This document shows, one piece after another, positions 46,091 through 55,593 of a stretch of 64,000 nt of DNA (position 1 is its first letter; every line of letters begins with the position of its first letter). Where the stretch lies: NCBI GenBank assembly GCA_963737625.1, contig CAVTTK010000006.1, positions 181,003 to 245,002 of the forward strand. The letters run 5' to 3'. The translations under genes and the position numbers were made by a program. The notes under the pieces are model-generated. The model saw nothing but the letters and a program-made list of their open reading frames with translations. It did not search any database and had not been told where the DNA came from. Origin of the DNA: an uncultured Acidimicrobiaceae bacterium. Its GTDB lineage: Bacteria; Actinomycetota; Acidimicrobiia; Acidimicrobiales; RAAP-2.

Positions 46091-47515
46091 TCAGGCCTGC
46101 TGGGACCACCAGTCACGGAGGCGCGCCTTGGCCTCCTCCTCCTCCAGGGGTCCCTCGTCCATCCGTAGTTCCAACAGGTAGGCCAGGGCCCGGCCCACCT
46201 GACGGCCGGGCCCGAGGCCCAGCTCCTCCATGACCTGGGAGCCGTCCAGGTCGGGCCGGATGGCGTCGAGCTCCTCCTGCTGTCGGAGGTCGTCGATCCG
46301 GGCCTCCAGTTCGTCCATGCGACGGGCCAGGGCCCGGGCCTTGCCCGCATTGCGGGTGGTGCAGTCGCAGCGGGTCAATTCATTCAGCTGGTCGAGCAGC
46401 GGGCCGGCGTCCCGTACGTAGCGGCGCACCGCCCGGTCGGTCCATCCCAGCCGATAGGTGTGGAAGCGCAGGTGCAGGTTGACCAGTTCCGTCACCACCT
46501 CCACCTCGTCGTTGGGATAGCGCAGGGCCTGCATTCGCTGGCGGGTCATCCGTGCCCCCACCACCTCGTGGTGGTGGAACGTCACGCCCCCGTCCACGAA
46601 GGCCCGGGTCTTCGGCTTGCCCACGTCGTGGAAGAGGGCGGCCAGGCGGAGGAGCCGGTCGGGGCTGGTCTTGTCCACGACGGCCAGGGTGTGGGCCAGC
46701 ACGTCCTTGTGACGGTGGATGGGGTCCTGCTCGAGTGCCAGCCCGGGGAGCTCGGGCAGGAACTCGTCGGCCAGTCCGGTGCGGACCACGAACCACAGGG
46801 CCACCGAGGGAACCGGGACCATCACGATCTTGTCGAGCTCGTCGCGGATCCGTTCGGCGGAGACGATGGCCAGACGGTGATGGTCCGCCCGCACCGCCTC
46901 GACCAGCCCGGGGTCGGGCTCCAACTCGAGTCGGGCGATGAACCGGGCCGCCCGGAGCATCCGCAGCGGGTCGTCGGCGAAGGAGACGGCGGGATCGAGC
47001 GGAGTGCGCAGCCGGTGCTCGGCCAGGTCGACCAGCCCGTCGAAGGGATCGATGAGCTCCAGATCCGGCAGCTTGAGGGCCATGGCGTTGATGGTGAAGT
47101 CCCGTCGGGCCAGGTCCTCCTCGACCCGGTCGCCGAAGGCCACCTCGGGTTTGCGGGAGTCGGGGCGGTAGGCCTCGGCCCGGTGGGTGGTGATCTCGTA
47201 CTTCTGGTCCCCCCGACGGCACCCGATGGTGCCGAACCGCTTGCCCTGTGTCCATACGGAGTCGGCCCACCCGGACACCACCGCCTCGATGGCGTCCGGC
47301 CGCGCATCGGTGGTGAAGTCGAGGTCCCGACCACCGTCGGGGACATCGACGTCGGGCCCGGACACGATGGCGTCGCGCACCGAGCCCCCCACCAGGTAGA
47401 GGGAGTGGCCGGCCGACCCGAAGCGGTCGGAGAGGTCGGCGGTGGCCTCAACCAACGGTCGCAGTCGCTCGGGGAACACGCCGCCGAGGGTAGTGCGACT
47501 GGCGTAGTCCGCCAT
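46091..47515 (-). CDS. cca: CCA tRNA nucleotidyltransferase (PcnA family, with HD domain)
   Basis: LYLVGGSVRDA and FHDVGKP. ATG at 47515 (MADYASRT). Confidence 0.9.
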   Translation of the reverse strand: MADYASRTTLGGVFPERLRPLVEATADLSDRFGSAGHSLYLVGGSVRDAIVSGPDVDVPDGGRDLDFTTDARPDAIEAVVSGWADSVWTQGKRFGTIGCRRGDQKYEITTHRAEAYRPDSRKPEVAFGDRVEEDLARRDFTINAMALKLPDLELIDPFDGLVDLAEHRLRTPLDPAVSFADDPLRMLRAARFIARLELEPDPGLVEAVRADHHRLAIVSAERIRDELDKIVMVPVPSVALWFVVRTGLADEFLPELPGLALEQDPIHRHKDVLAHTLAVVDKTSPDRLLRLAALFHDVGKPKTRAFVDGGVTFHHHEVVGARMTRQRMQALRYPNDEVEVVTELVNLHLRFHTYRLGWTDRAVRRYVRDAGPLLDQLNELTRCDCTTRNAGKARALARRMDELEARIDDLRQQEELDAIRPDLDGSQVMEELGLGPGRQVGRALAYLLELRMDEGPLEEEEAKARLRDWWSQQA

Positions 47516-47632
47516 CCGTTCTGGCGTAGGGTGGCGTCCGAAGTGGATCGGGAACGAGGCAGCCTGTGCCCCAGCGGCAGCCACCCCCGGGCCGGCGTGC
47601 CCCCGGGGAACGGGCCCGCCCCGATCGTCGGG

Positions 47633-49804
47633 GTGGGACAGCGTGGCGCCCGATGGCGACGTCCCCGACCCGTCCGCACTGGCGTGTGGGTGCTCGGGGC
47701 CGGCCTGGTGGGCCTGATGCTCGTCATCGGAGGGACGGCAGGGACCGCGGCGGCGACAGGCGGTGCGACGTCGCCGGCGGCGGGCCCTCCACTGATCCTG
47801 GTGTCCCAGACCCCTACGGTGGGCCCCAACGGTTCATTCGACCTCAAGCTGCAGGCCGGCGTTGGTACCCCCTCGGCCTCCCAGCTGGGCGTAGCGGTGA
47901 GCGTGTACCCGTGCCTGTCCAGCATCTCGTCGTTCGACCAGTCCGTGAACTCGACGGTCGGTCCGGCGGGGACGCCGATCGAGGCCACCCGGTCGCCGTT
48001 ACCCGTCTCCGGTCTTCCCGCTCTCCCCTCCGGTGGCTTCGACCTGTCCATGCCGGTCTATGTCGGGCACGGCATCGCCGCCCCGGCGGGCCAGTTCGCC
48101 ATCGATCTGCCCTTGACCGGTGGCCAGTGCGGGAACGCCCCCTCCGGCGTCTACCCGGTGCGGGTGCAGTTGGTGGAGACCACCGGCGGACAGGCCGTCG
48201 GGGGCTTCACCACCCACCTGATCTTCACCGAGACGCCCACCGCCACCCAGAGGCTCCGGGTGGCGGTGGTGCTCCCGGTGGCCACGACCCTGACCCCGGC
48301 CACGTCCCCGGGGAATACCCCGTTGACCACCCGTCCCGGTGCCGCGCTGGCCCCACCTCCACCGGCCGTCACCTCGGCCCTGGTTGCCACCGTGACCACC
48401 ATCGCCGAGGCCCACCCGAGCGTCCCGGTGACCCTGGAGACCAGCCCCCAGACGGTGGCCGAGCTGGCGGCCACGGGCCACCAGTCCACGGTGGCCGAGC
48501 TGGCCTCCCTGGCCGACAGCCCGGCCGTCCATGAGTTCACCTCGGCCCCCTACGTCCCGGTCAACGCCTCGGACCTGGTGGGGGCGGGCCTCGGCTCCGA
48601 GCTGGCCCTGCAGGTCAGCCGGGGGTCGCAGGTGCTGGCCACCTACCTGCCCAGACCGGCCACGCCGTCGGGGGGCGCCTGGATCACCAACGACGGCGTC
48701 GACACCACCACCCTGTCCCAGCTGGAAACCAACGGCTACCGTCAGCTGCTGGTGTCCTCCACCAGCGTGCCCGAGGCGCCGGCCAACGGCTCGTCGGCGG
48801 AACCGTTCGCGCTGACTCCTTCGGTGGGGGCGCCGATGGTGGCCGTGGCGTCCGACGCCGACCTGGCCTCCCGCTTCACCGGTGCCCCGGGGAATCCGGT
48901 CCTGGCCGCGTCCCAGTTGGTGGCGGAACTGGCCCAGATCTACTTCGAAAAGCCGAACGACACCGCCCCCCGGATCGTGGCCGCGGTGGCCCCCACCGGT
49001 TGGGCCGACGACCCCGCCTTTGTCAGCACGCTTCTCGGCGCTCTGGGCGACAATCCCGTGGCCGAGCCCGTCACCACCTCCGACCTGTTCGGGATCCTCC
49101 CGACCAGTGCCTGCCGGACGGCGTGCCACAGCGTGGCCGGTTCCGGCGGGGGCGGCCTGCCGGCCACGGCCATCCGGACCCAGCGCCAGCGCATCGGGGG
49201 TCTGGTCGGAGCCACCTCCACCCCGTCCGCCCGCGCCGTCACCACCCAGCTGGGTGACCTGGTGCTCGCCGGTGAATCCGAGCGGCTCCGTCCCGCCCAA
49301 CAGGCCGGGGTCCTCCGCAACACCGACCAGGCCGTCGACGCCCAGCTGGGACAGCTGCAGGTGGCCGGGGACCAGAGCATCACCCTGACCTCGCAGCGGG
49401 GCCGGGTGCCGGTCACCATCACCTCCAGCGCGCGGTACCCGGTGACGGGCACGCTGACGCTGTCCAGTGACAAGCTGCTCTTCCCCGACGGCCAGACCAA
49501 GCGGGTCACCGTGGTGCCCGGCATCACCAACCCCTTCTACTTCAACGTGCAGACCCGGGCCTCGGGCCTGTTCAAGGTGGCCGTCACCCTCACCTCCCCG
49601 GCCGGGGGTGTGACCCTGACCAGCGGACAGGTGAGTGTGCGGTCGACGGCCACCTCGGTCGTGGGGATCGTCCTCTCTGTCGGCGCGGTGGTGGTGCTCG
49701 TGGTCTGGTGGCTGCGGACCTCGAGGAAACGACGGGCGGGCCGGAGGCGGGCCGCCAGTGACGAGGCCGACGACACCGAGGCCGTCACGGCGGGTTCGGT
49801 GTGA
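47633..49804 (+). CDS. Large secreted protein anchored at both ends, no recognisable catalytic domain (positional equivalent of Mtb Rv3909; I believe the DUF6049 family)
   Basis: N-terminal hydrophobic segment VWVLGAGLVGLMLVIGG, about 650 aa rich in Thr/Ala/Pro/Val, and a C-terminal TM segment VVGIVLSVGAVVVLVVWWL followed by RTSRKRRAGRRR. GTG start at 47633, or at 47684/47690. GTGA overlap with murJ. Confidence 0.65.
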   Translation: MGQRGARWRRPRPVRTGVWVLGAGLVGLMLVIGGTAGTAAATGGATSPAAGPPLILVSQTPTVGPNGSFDLKLQAGVGTPSASQLGVAVSVYPCLSSISSFDQSVNSTVGPAGTPIEATRSPLPVSGLPALPSGGFDLSMPVYVGHGIAAPAGQFAIDLPLTGGQCGNAPSGVYPVRVQLVETTGGQAVGGFTTHLIFTETPTATQRLRVAVVLPVATTLTPATSPGNTPLTTRPGAALAPPPPAVTSALVATVTTIAEAHPSVPVTLETSPQTVAELAATGHQSTVAELASLADSPAVHEFTSAPYVPVNASDLVGAGLGSELALQVSRGSQVLATYLPRPATPSGGAWITNDGVDTTTLSQLETNGYRQLLVSSTSVPEAPANGSSAEPFALTPSVGAPMVAVASDADLASRFTGAPGNPVLAASQLVAELAQIYFEKPNDTAPRIVAAVAPTGWADDPAFVSTLLGALGDNPVAEPVTTSDLFGILPTSACRTACHSVAGSGGGGLPATAIRTQRQRIGGLVGATSTPSARAVTTQLGDLVLAGESERLRPAQQAGVLRNTDQAVDAQLGQLQVAGDQSITLTSQRGRVPVTITSSARYPVTGTLTLSSDKLLFPDGQTKRVTVVPGITNPFYFNVQTRASGLFKVAVTLTSPAGGVTLTSGQVSVRSTATSVVGIVLSVGAVVVLVVWWLRTSRKRRAGRRRAASDEADDTEAVTAGSV

Positions 49805-51669
49805 GCGGACCCGACGTGGAGGTGGACGGACTCCCCGCCGCTCCCGGAGGTGGCCGGCGGCGTCTGGCCGGTGCCACCCTGGGCATGGCCGTGGGCACGA
49901 CGCTCTCCCGTATCACCGGGGTGGGCCGGGTCATCGCCCTCACGCTGGCTCTGGGCGGCGGCGGCTTCGCCGACGCCTACAACCTGGCCAACACCACGCC
50001 CAACATCATCTACGACATCGTGCTGGGCGGCGTGCTGTCGGCCACCTTCGTGCCGGTGTTCGTCGACTACCTGAGCACCCGACGCAACCAGGAGGCCTGG
50101 GAGGCCATCTCGGCGGTGGTCACGGTGACCATCGGCGTGCTGGTGGCGGCCACCGTGGCCTTCTTCGTACTGACCCCGAGCATCATCCACCTCTACACGG
50201 TCAGCAACCACCGCGTCGACGTCCACCAACAGCAGCAGGTGGCCATCTTCCTCCTGCGGTGGTTCGTCCCCCAGTTGGCCTGCTACGGCCTCATCGCCGT
50301 GTTCACCGCCCTGCTCAACGCCCGGGGCAAGTTCGCCACCCCCATGTTCGTACCCATCGCCAACAACCTGGTGGTGATCGGCGTCCTGCTGTGGTTTCAC
50401 GCATTGGTCCCCCATCCCAGCCTGGCCGCGGTGGATGCCAGCCACCACGGCCTGGTGCTCCTGGCCATCGGCACCACCCTCGGGGTCGTGGTCCAGGCGG
50501 CGCTCCTCGTGCCCTCGTTGCTCCGGTCCGACCTCCACCTCCGATTCCTGTGGCAGCCGGCCAACCAGGCCATGCGGACCATCACCCGCTTGGCCGGGTG
50601 GACGTTCGGTTGGGTCGTGGCCAACCAGGTGGCCCTGGTGGTGGTCCTCGCCCTGGCCGACGGGGCCAAGGTGCCAGGCGCGGTGTCGTCGTACACCTAC
50701 GCCTACACCTTCTTCCTCCTCCCCTACGGCGTGGTGGCGGTCTCGGTCATGACCGCGGTGACCCCCTCCCTGTCGGCCCGGTGGGCCACGGGCGACCTGG
50801 CGGGCTTCCGCCACCGCATGGCCTTCGGCCTGCGGGGCATCCTGGCCATCATCATCCCTTCGGCGGTGGGCATGCTGATCCTGGCCCATCCGCTCATCGA
50901 CCTGGTGCTGGCCCACGGAGCCGAGACCTCCGCCAACGCCGACTCGACGGGCGCCGCACTGGCCATGTTCGCCCTCGGTCTCCCCGGGTTCTGCACCTTC
51001 CTCTACTTGGTCCGCGTCTTCCAGTCGATGCAGGACACCCGCACGGCCTTCCGCCTGTACCTGGTGGAGAACGGCATCAACATCCTGTTCGCCCTGGCGC
51101 TGGTGGGACCGCTCGGTGTGCGGGGACTGGCCCTCTCCCTGTCGATCGCCTACTCGGCCGCCGCCCTGCTGGCCCTGGCCGTGCTGCGCCTCCGGGTGGG
51201 GGGCCTCGGGGGATCAGAGCTGGCCACCCCGGTGGCCCGCGTGCTGGCCGCCTCGGGAGTCATGGCCGTGGCCACGGTGCTGGCCCTCAGTGTCTCCGGC
51301 GCCTCCTCGGGATTCGGCCTGTTGGCCCGCGTGATCTTCGCCGTGGTGGTCGGCCTGGTGGCCTATGTGGCCACGGTCGGGGTGCTGGGCGCCCGCCAGG
51401 AGCGTCGCATCAGGGAGGAGCGGATCAACCGCGCCAACGTGGCGGCGTCCTCACCTCCGCCGTCGGTTGGAACCGGGCGGGACCAGCCCGAACGACCCTC
51501 CCCCGACCCGTTCCGTGACAGACTCAGCAGTCAGCCGGGACAACTCCCGTACCGACACCTCCGGCCGGTGAGTGTGACACCGGACGACGGCTCGGGCGAG
51601 GGAGACGACCTCCCGACGGGGGACGAGGAGGAGGACCTGGATGGCCCGGATACGAGTGGTGACGGATAG
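49801..51669 (+). CDS. murJ: Lipid II flippase MurJ (MviN) with a ~90-aa Pro/Asp-rich C-terminal tail
   Basis: LSRITGVGRVIALTLALGGGGFADAYNLANTTPNIIYDIVLGGVLSATFVP and multiple TM helices. Confidence 0.9.
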   Translation: MSGPDVEVDGLPAAPGGGRRRLAGATLGMAVGTTLSRITGVGRVIALTLALGGGGFADAYNLANTTPNIIYDIVLGGVLSATFVPVFVDYLSTRRNQEAWEAISAVVTVTIGVLVAATVAFFVLTPSIIHLYTVSNHRVDVHQQQQVAIFLLRWFVPQLACYGLIAVFTALLNARGKFATPMFVPIANNLVVIGVLLWFHALVPHPSLAAVDASHHGLVLLAIGTTLGVVVQAALLVPSLLRSDLHLRFLWQPANQAMRTITRLAGWTFGWVVANQVALVVVLALADGAKVPGAVSSYTYAYTFFLLPYGVVAVSVMTAVTPSLSARWATGDLAGFRHRMAFGLRGILAIIIPSAVGMLILAHPLIDLVLAHGAETSANADSTGAALAMFALGLPGFCTFLYLVRVFQSMQDTRTAFRLYLVENGINILFALALVGPLGVRGLALSLSIAYSAAALLALAVLRLRVGGLGGSELATPVARVLAASGVMAVATVLALSVSGASSGFGLLARVIFAVVVGLVAYVATVGVLGARQERRIREERINRANVAASSPPPSVGTGRDQPERPSPDPFRDRLSSQPGQLPYRHLRPVSVTPDDGSGEGDDLPTGDEEEDLDGPDTSGDG

Positions 51670-52483
51670 CGCCTGCGACCTGTCGGCCACCATGGCCGAG
51701 GAGCGGGGCGTGACCATCGTCCCCCTGTCGATCCGCTTCGGCTCCGAGGAGTTCATCGACGGATCCACCCTGTCCACCGACGAGTTCTGGGCCAGGTGCA
51801 AGGCCAGCTCCGTCCTCCCGGAGACCTCGGCCCCCTCACCCGGGGCATTCCAGGAGGCATTCGTGGCCGCGGCCGACGCCGGCTACGACGGGGTGCTGTG
51901 CGTCAACCTCTCTTCGGAGGTGTCGGCCACGTACCAGGCCGCGGTGGCCGCGGCCAAAGGCGTCGCCGACCGGATCCCCGTCCGCGTGGTGGACTCCCGC
52001 TCGCTGACCATGGGCCTCGGGCTGATGGCGCTCGACGTCGCCGAACTGGCCTCGACGGGCGCCACCCTCGACGAGCTGGAGGCCCGGGTGCATGCCCTGG
52101 CCACGCGTACCCAGGTCTACGGCGTGCTCGACACCCTCGAACACCTCGAGAAGGGGGGTCGCATCGGCGGGGCCCAGAAGTTGCTCGGCTCCCTGCTGTC
52201 CATCAAGCCCGTGGTCACCCTGCTGGACGGGCGGGTGGAGGAGGAGTCCAAGCAACGTACCCGCGGTCGGTCGCTCCGCTACCTGGCCGACAAGGCCAGG
52301 AACTCGCCCCCCATCAGCCGCCTGGCGGTGTGCAACGGTGCCGCCACCGACGTCGATGAGGTGCTGGGCATGCTGGACGGCGTCCCGACAGACCATCCCC
52401 TGGTGGTGACCGATCTGGGGCCGGTGGTGGGCACCCACACGGGGCCGGGCACCGTCGGGGTGTGCATCGTGACCCGGGAGTAG
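51641..52483 (+). CDS. DegV-family fatty-acid-binding protein
   Basis: IRVVTDSACDL...ETSAPSPGAF. 280 aa. Overlaps the murJ 3' end by 29 nt. Confidence 0.9.
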   Translation: MARIRVVTDSACDLSATMAEERGVTIVPLSIRFGSEEFIDGSTLSTDEFWARCKASSVLPETSAPSPGAFQEAFVAAADAGYDGVLCVNLSSEVSATYQAAVAAAKGVADRIPVRVVDSRSLTMGLGLMALDVAELASTGATLDELEARVHALATRTQVYGVLDTLEHLEKGGRIGGAQKLLGSLLSIKPVVTLLDGRVEEESKQRTRGRSLRYLADKARNSPPISRLAVCNGAATDVDEVLGMLDGVPTDHPLVVTDLGPVVGTHTGPGTVGVCIVTRE

Positions 52484-52546
52484 GTGCTTCGGGCCGGACC
52501 GGAGCGTTCCGGCAGGCCAACAGCCCGATCGGACTATCCTCGCACC

Positions 52547-52903
52547 ATGGATCCGACGCCCGACCCACCCGCTTCCCGCCTGCCTGGCTCCGGCGTGCTC
52601 GGCGACCTGCCCACCCGCGGCGCCGACTGGATCGACACCGTTGTCGAGTTGCTGCGCGATCGGACGGTCCGGCCCGTCACCCTGGTAGCCCGGGTGGTGG
52701 TCTTCGGGATCATCGTCTTCGCCGCGGCGGTCACGACCGTGGTCCTGTTGTCGATCACCCTGATCCGGCTGCTGACGGTCTACGCCTTCGACGGCCGGGT
52801 CTGGCTCTCGGACCTGGTGGTGGGCCTGGTCTTCGTCGTCCTCGGCATCGTGGCCTGGTCCCAGAGGACCGACTCGTCGGCCACCGCGGAGGGCACCGGA
52901 TGA
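52547..52903 (+). CDS. Small hypothetical membrane protein (two predicted TM segments)
   Basis: 118 aa starting at MDPTPD. TM segments VVVFGIIVFAAAVTTVVLLSITLI and LVVGLVFVVLGIVAW. ATGA overlap with trxB. Confidence 0.5.
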   Translation: MDPTPDPPASRLPGSGVLGDLPTRGADWIDTVVELLRDRTVRPVTLVARVVVFGIIVFAAAVTTVVLLSITLIRLLTVYAFDGRVWLSDLVVGLVFVVLGIVAWSQRTDSSATAEGTG

Positions 52904-53868
52904 CCGAGCGCCGCCAGGTGGTGATCATCGGGTCCGGTCCGGCCGGGCTCACGGCGGCCATCTACGCCGCCCGCGCCCAGCTGTCCCCCCTGGTCATCGA
53001 GGGTGAACCGTCCTCGACCAGTGATCAGCCCGGCGGTCAGCTCATGCTGACGACCGAGGTGGAGAACTTCCCCGGCTTCGTCAACGGGATCATGGGGCCC
53101 GAGCTGATGCAGGCCTTCCGGGAGCAGGCCGCCCGCTTCGGGGCCGACTATGTGACGGCCAAGGTGTCCCGGGTCGATCTGTCCCACCGTCCCTTCGGCG
53201 TCTGGGTGGGGGATCCCGACGCCGCCGACCCCACCTACGAGTCCGAAGCCCTGATCATCTCCACCGGGGCCCAGTCCCTCATGCTCAATCTGCCCAACGA
53301 GGAACGCCTCCTCGGCTACGGGGTGTCCACCTGTGCCACCTGCGACGGCTTCTTCTTCCGCGAGCGCAAGATCGCCGTGGTCGGCGGGGGCGACTCGGCG
53401 CTGGAGGAGGCGCTGTTCCTCACCCGGTTCGCCGAGAAGGTCACCGTCATCCACCGCCGTGGCGAGCTACGGGCTTCCAAAGTCATGCAGCAGCGGGCCT
53501 TCGCCCACGAGAAGATCGAATTCCTGTGGAACACCTCGGTGATCGACGTGCTCGGTGACACCACGGTGAGCGGTGTCCGGGTCCGGGACAACCTGAGCGA
53601 GGAGGAGTCGGATCTCGAGCTCTCGGGGCTCTTCGTGGCCATCGGCCACCAACCCAACACGGCCCTGTTCAAGGGGCAGCTGGAGATGGAGGAGAACGGC
53701 TACCTGCGGACCTTCGACGGGACCCGCACCAATGTCGACGGGGTGTTCGCCTGCGGCGACGTGCAGGACCATCGCTACCGCCAGGCCATCACGGCGGCCG
53801 GGTCGGGGTGCATGGCCGCCCTCGACGTGGAGCGGTGGCTCGAAGACGAGCAGTCCGACCGGTCCTGA
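52900..53868 (+). CDS. trxB: Thioredoxin-disulfide reductase
   Basis: VVIIGSGPAG and redox motif CATCDG. 322 aa. Confidence 0.95.
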   Translation: MTERRQVVIIGSGPAGLTAAIYAARAQLSPLVIEGEPSSTSDQPGGQLMLTTEVENFPGFVNGIMGPELMQAFREQAARFGADYVTAKVSRVDLSHRPFGVWVGDPDAADPTYESEALIISTGAQSLMLNLPNEERLLGYGVSTCATCDGFFFRERKIAVVGGGDSALEEALFLTRFAEKVTVIHRRGELRASKVMQQRAFAHEKIEFLWNTSVIDVLGDTTVSGVRVRDNLSEEESDLELSGLFVAIGHQPNTALFKGQLEMEENGYLRTFDGTRTNVDGVFACGDVQDHRYRQAITAAGSGCMAALDVERWLEDEQSDRS

Positions 53869-54000
53869 CTGGCTCGGCGGCCCACTCCCCCACCACCGTC
53901 GAAGCCGGGAATACCGGCGCCGGGACGGGGTTGACGTAGCGTGTCCCACCGAGGGGCAATGAGGCAGGGCCCGAAGAGACGGGCAGGAGGAACGGCCATC

Positions 54001-54327
54001 ATGAGTGAGCAGATCACGACGCTGAACGACGCTAGCTTTGACGAGCATGTCAAGTCCTCGGACGTTCCCGTGCTGGTGGACTTCTGGGCGGAGTGGTGCG
54101 GCCCGTGCAAGATGATCGCCCCCGTACTGGAGGAGATCGCCGCCGAGCAGGCCGGCAAGCTCGAGGTGGCCAAGCTGAACATCGACGACAATCTGGATAT
54201 CACCCGGCGGTTCGACGTCATGAGCATTCCGACCCTGATCCTGTTCAAGGACGGCGAGCCCGCGGCCCGCATCGTCGGTGCCAAGGGCAAGGGCCAACTC
54301 CTCCAGGAGCTCTCCGCCCACCTGTAA
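54001..54327 (+). CDS. trxA: Thioredoxin
   Basis: WAEWCGPCK. The ATG at 54001 follows aggagga. Confidence 0.95.
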   Translation: MSEQITTLNDASFDEHVKSSDVPVLVDFWAEWCGPCKMIAPVLEEIAAEQAGKLEVAKLNIDDNLDITRRFDVMSIPTLILFKDGEPAARIVGAKGKGQLLQELSAHL

Positions 54328-54388
54328 GTCCTGGTAGGCCGGCTGGCCGGCGCAGCGCCACCGCTCCTCCGGCGGCCCCGGTCGCGGG

Positions 54389-55378
54389 GTGAGCGCCGAG
54401 TCCAAGATCTGGCTCGAAGTAGGCGACAGCGGCCCCGAAGTGTCCGATGTGCAGCGTCGGCTCGAGCAGTTGGGCTCCTCCACCGGCATCGACGCCGATG
54501 GCGCCTACGGTCCGGGGACCCGGGCCGCGGTCGAGGCTTTCCAGTACCGGAGGGGTCTCCGGGTGGACGGGATCTGCGGGCCGCAGACCTGGTCGGCCCT
54601 GGTCGAGGCGGGTCGGCGTCTGGGCGACCGGTTCCTCTACCGCCAGGCTCCCATGCTGCGAGGGGACGACGTGGCCGAACTGCAGCAGCGGCTCAGCGCC
54701 CTCGGGTTCGACACCGGTCGGGTGGACGGGATATTCGGGGACATGACCTCCGCGGCCCTCGGCGAGTTCCAGCGGAACGCCGGGCTACCGGTCGACGGGA
54801 TCGCTGGCGGGTCGACGGTGTCCGAGCTCCTGCGCTTCGGTACGCGCCACGACCATACCGAGCTGGTCACATCGGTCAGGGACCGGGAGCGTTTGCGCCA
54901 GGGACCTCGGACCCTGGCCGGTCAGCGGGTGGCCATCGGTGAAGAGGGGGGGTTGGATGCCACCGTGGCGGCGTTGCGTCGGCTGCTGATCAGCTATGGG
55001 GCCGAAGTCACCACCCATCACCACCCTGACGGCTCGACCCAGGCCTCGGAGGCCAATGCCGGCAACGCCCACGTGTACGTCGGCCTCCGGCTGGCCGTCG
55101 GCGAGGACCATTGTTCCACCGCGTACTACGCCGGCTATCGCTACTCCTCCCCCGGCGGGCGCCGACTGGCCGAGCTTTTGCAGGCCACCCTCACGTCATC
55201 ATTGGCCCTGCCCGACCTGGGCAGCCGCGGCATGTCCCTCCCCTTGCTCCGGGAGACCCGCATGCCGGCGGTCATCTGTGAGATCGGGCCGGCCACGGTG
55301 GTGGTCGAGCGGGGGCCGACCATCGCCCGATCCGTCGTCGAGGCGCTGACCGAGTGGATCGACACCTCGTGGGACTGA
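54389..55378 (+). CDS. CwlM-like protein: two peptidoglycan-binding repeats plus a degenerate N-acetylmuramoyl-L-alanine amidase (Amidase_3) domain
   Basis: Two PG_binding_1-like repeats (GPGTRAAVEAFQYRRGLRVDGICGPQTW; TSAALGEFQRNAGLPVDGIAGGST). The C-terminal Amidase_3-like region ends in RETRMPAVICEIG. The position after trxA matches Mtb cwlM. Confidence 0.8.
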   Translation: MSAESKIWLEVGDSGPEVSDVQRRLEQLGSSTGIDADGAYGPGTRAAVEAFQYRRGLRVDGICGPQTWSALVEAGRRLGDRFLYRQAPMLRGDDVAELQQRLSALGFDTGRVDGIFGDMTSAALGEFQRNAGLPVDGIAGGSTVSELLRFGTRHDHTELVTSVRDRERLRQGPRTLAGQRVAIGEEGGLDATVAALRRLLISYGAEVTTHHHPDGSTQASEANAGNAHVYVGLRLAVGEDHCSTAYYAGYRYSSPGGRRLAELLQATLTSSLALPDLGSRGMSLPLLRETRMPAVICEIGPATVVVERGPTIARSVVEALTEWIDTSWD

Positions 55379-55458
55379 GTAAGGCCCCTGGACGACGTTG
55401 CCCCGCCCAACCATCGATCACCGGGTGACCCCAGACCACGTCACGGCCCTCATCTCGA

Positions 55459-55495
55459 CGTAATCCACAACCTCATGCACAGGTTGTGGATTACG
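55459..55495. repeat. Perfect inverted repeat (15-bp arms, 7-nt loop) whose arms contain the DnaA-box-like sequence TAATCCACA
   Basis: cgtaatccacaacct-catgcac-aggttgtggattacg, between convergent cwlM-like and parB genes. No flanking T-tract. Confidence 0.9.
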
Positions 55496-55593
55496 CTCTA
55501 CCGTGGGTTCAGGGATCACTTCTACCACTCAGAGTGGCGAGAATCCCCTAAATCCTACGTTATGACAATCCGATCCCACTCTTCGTGAGATCA

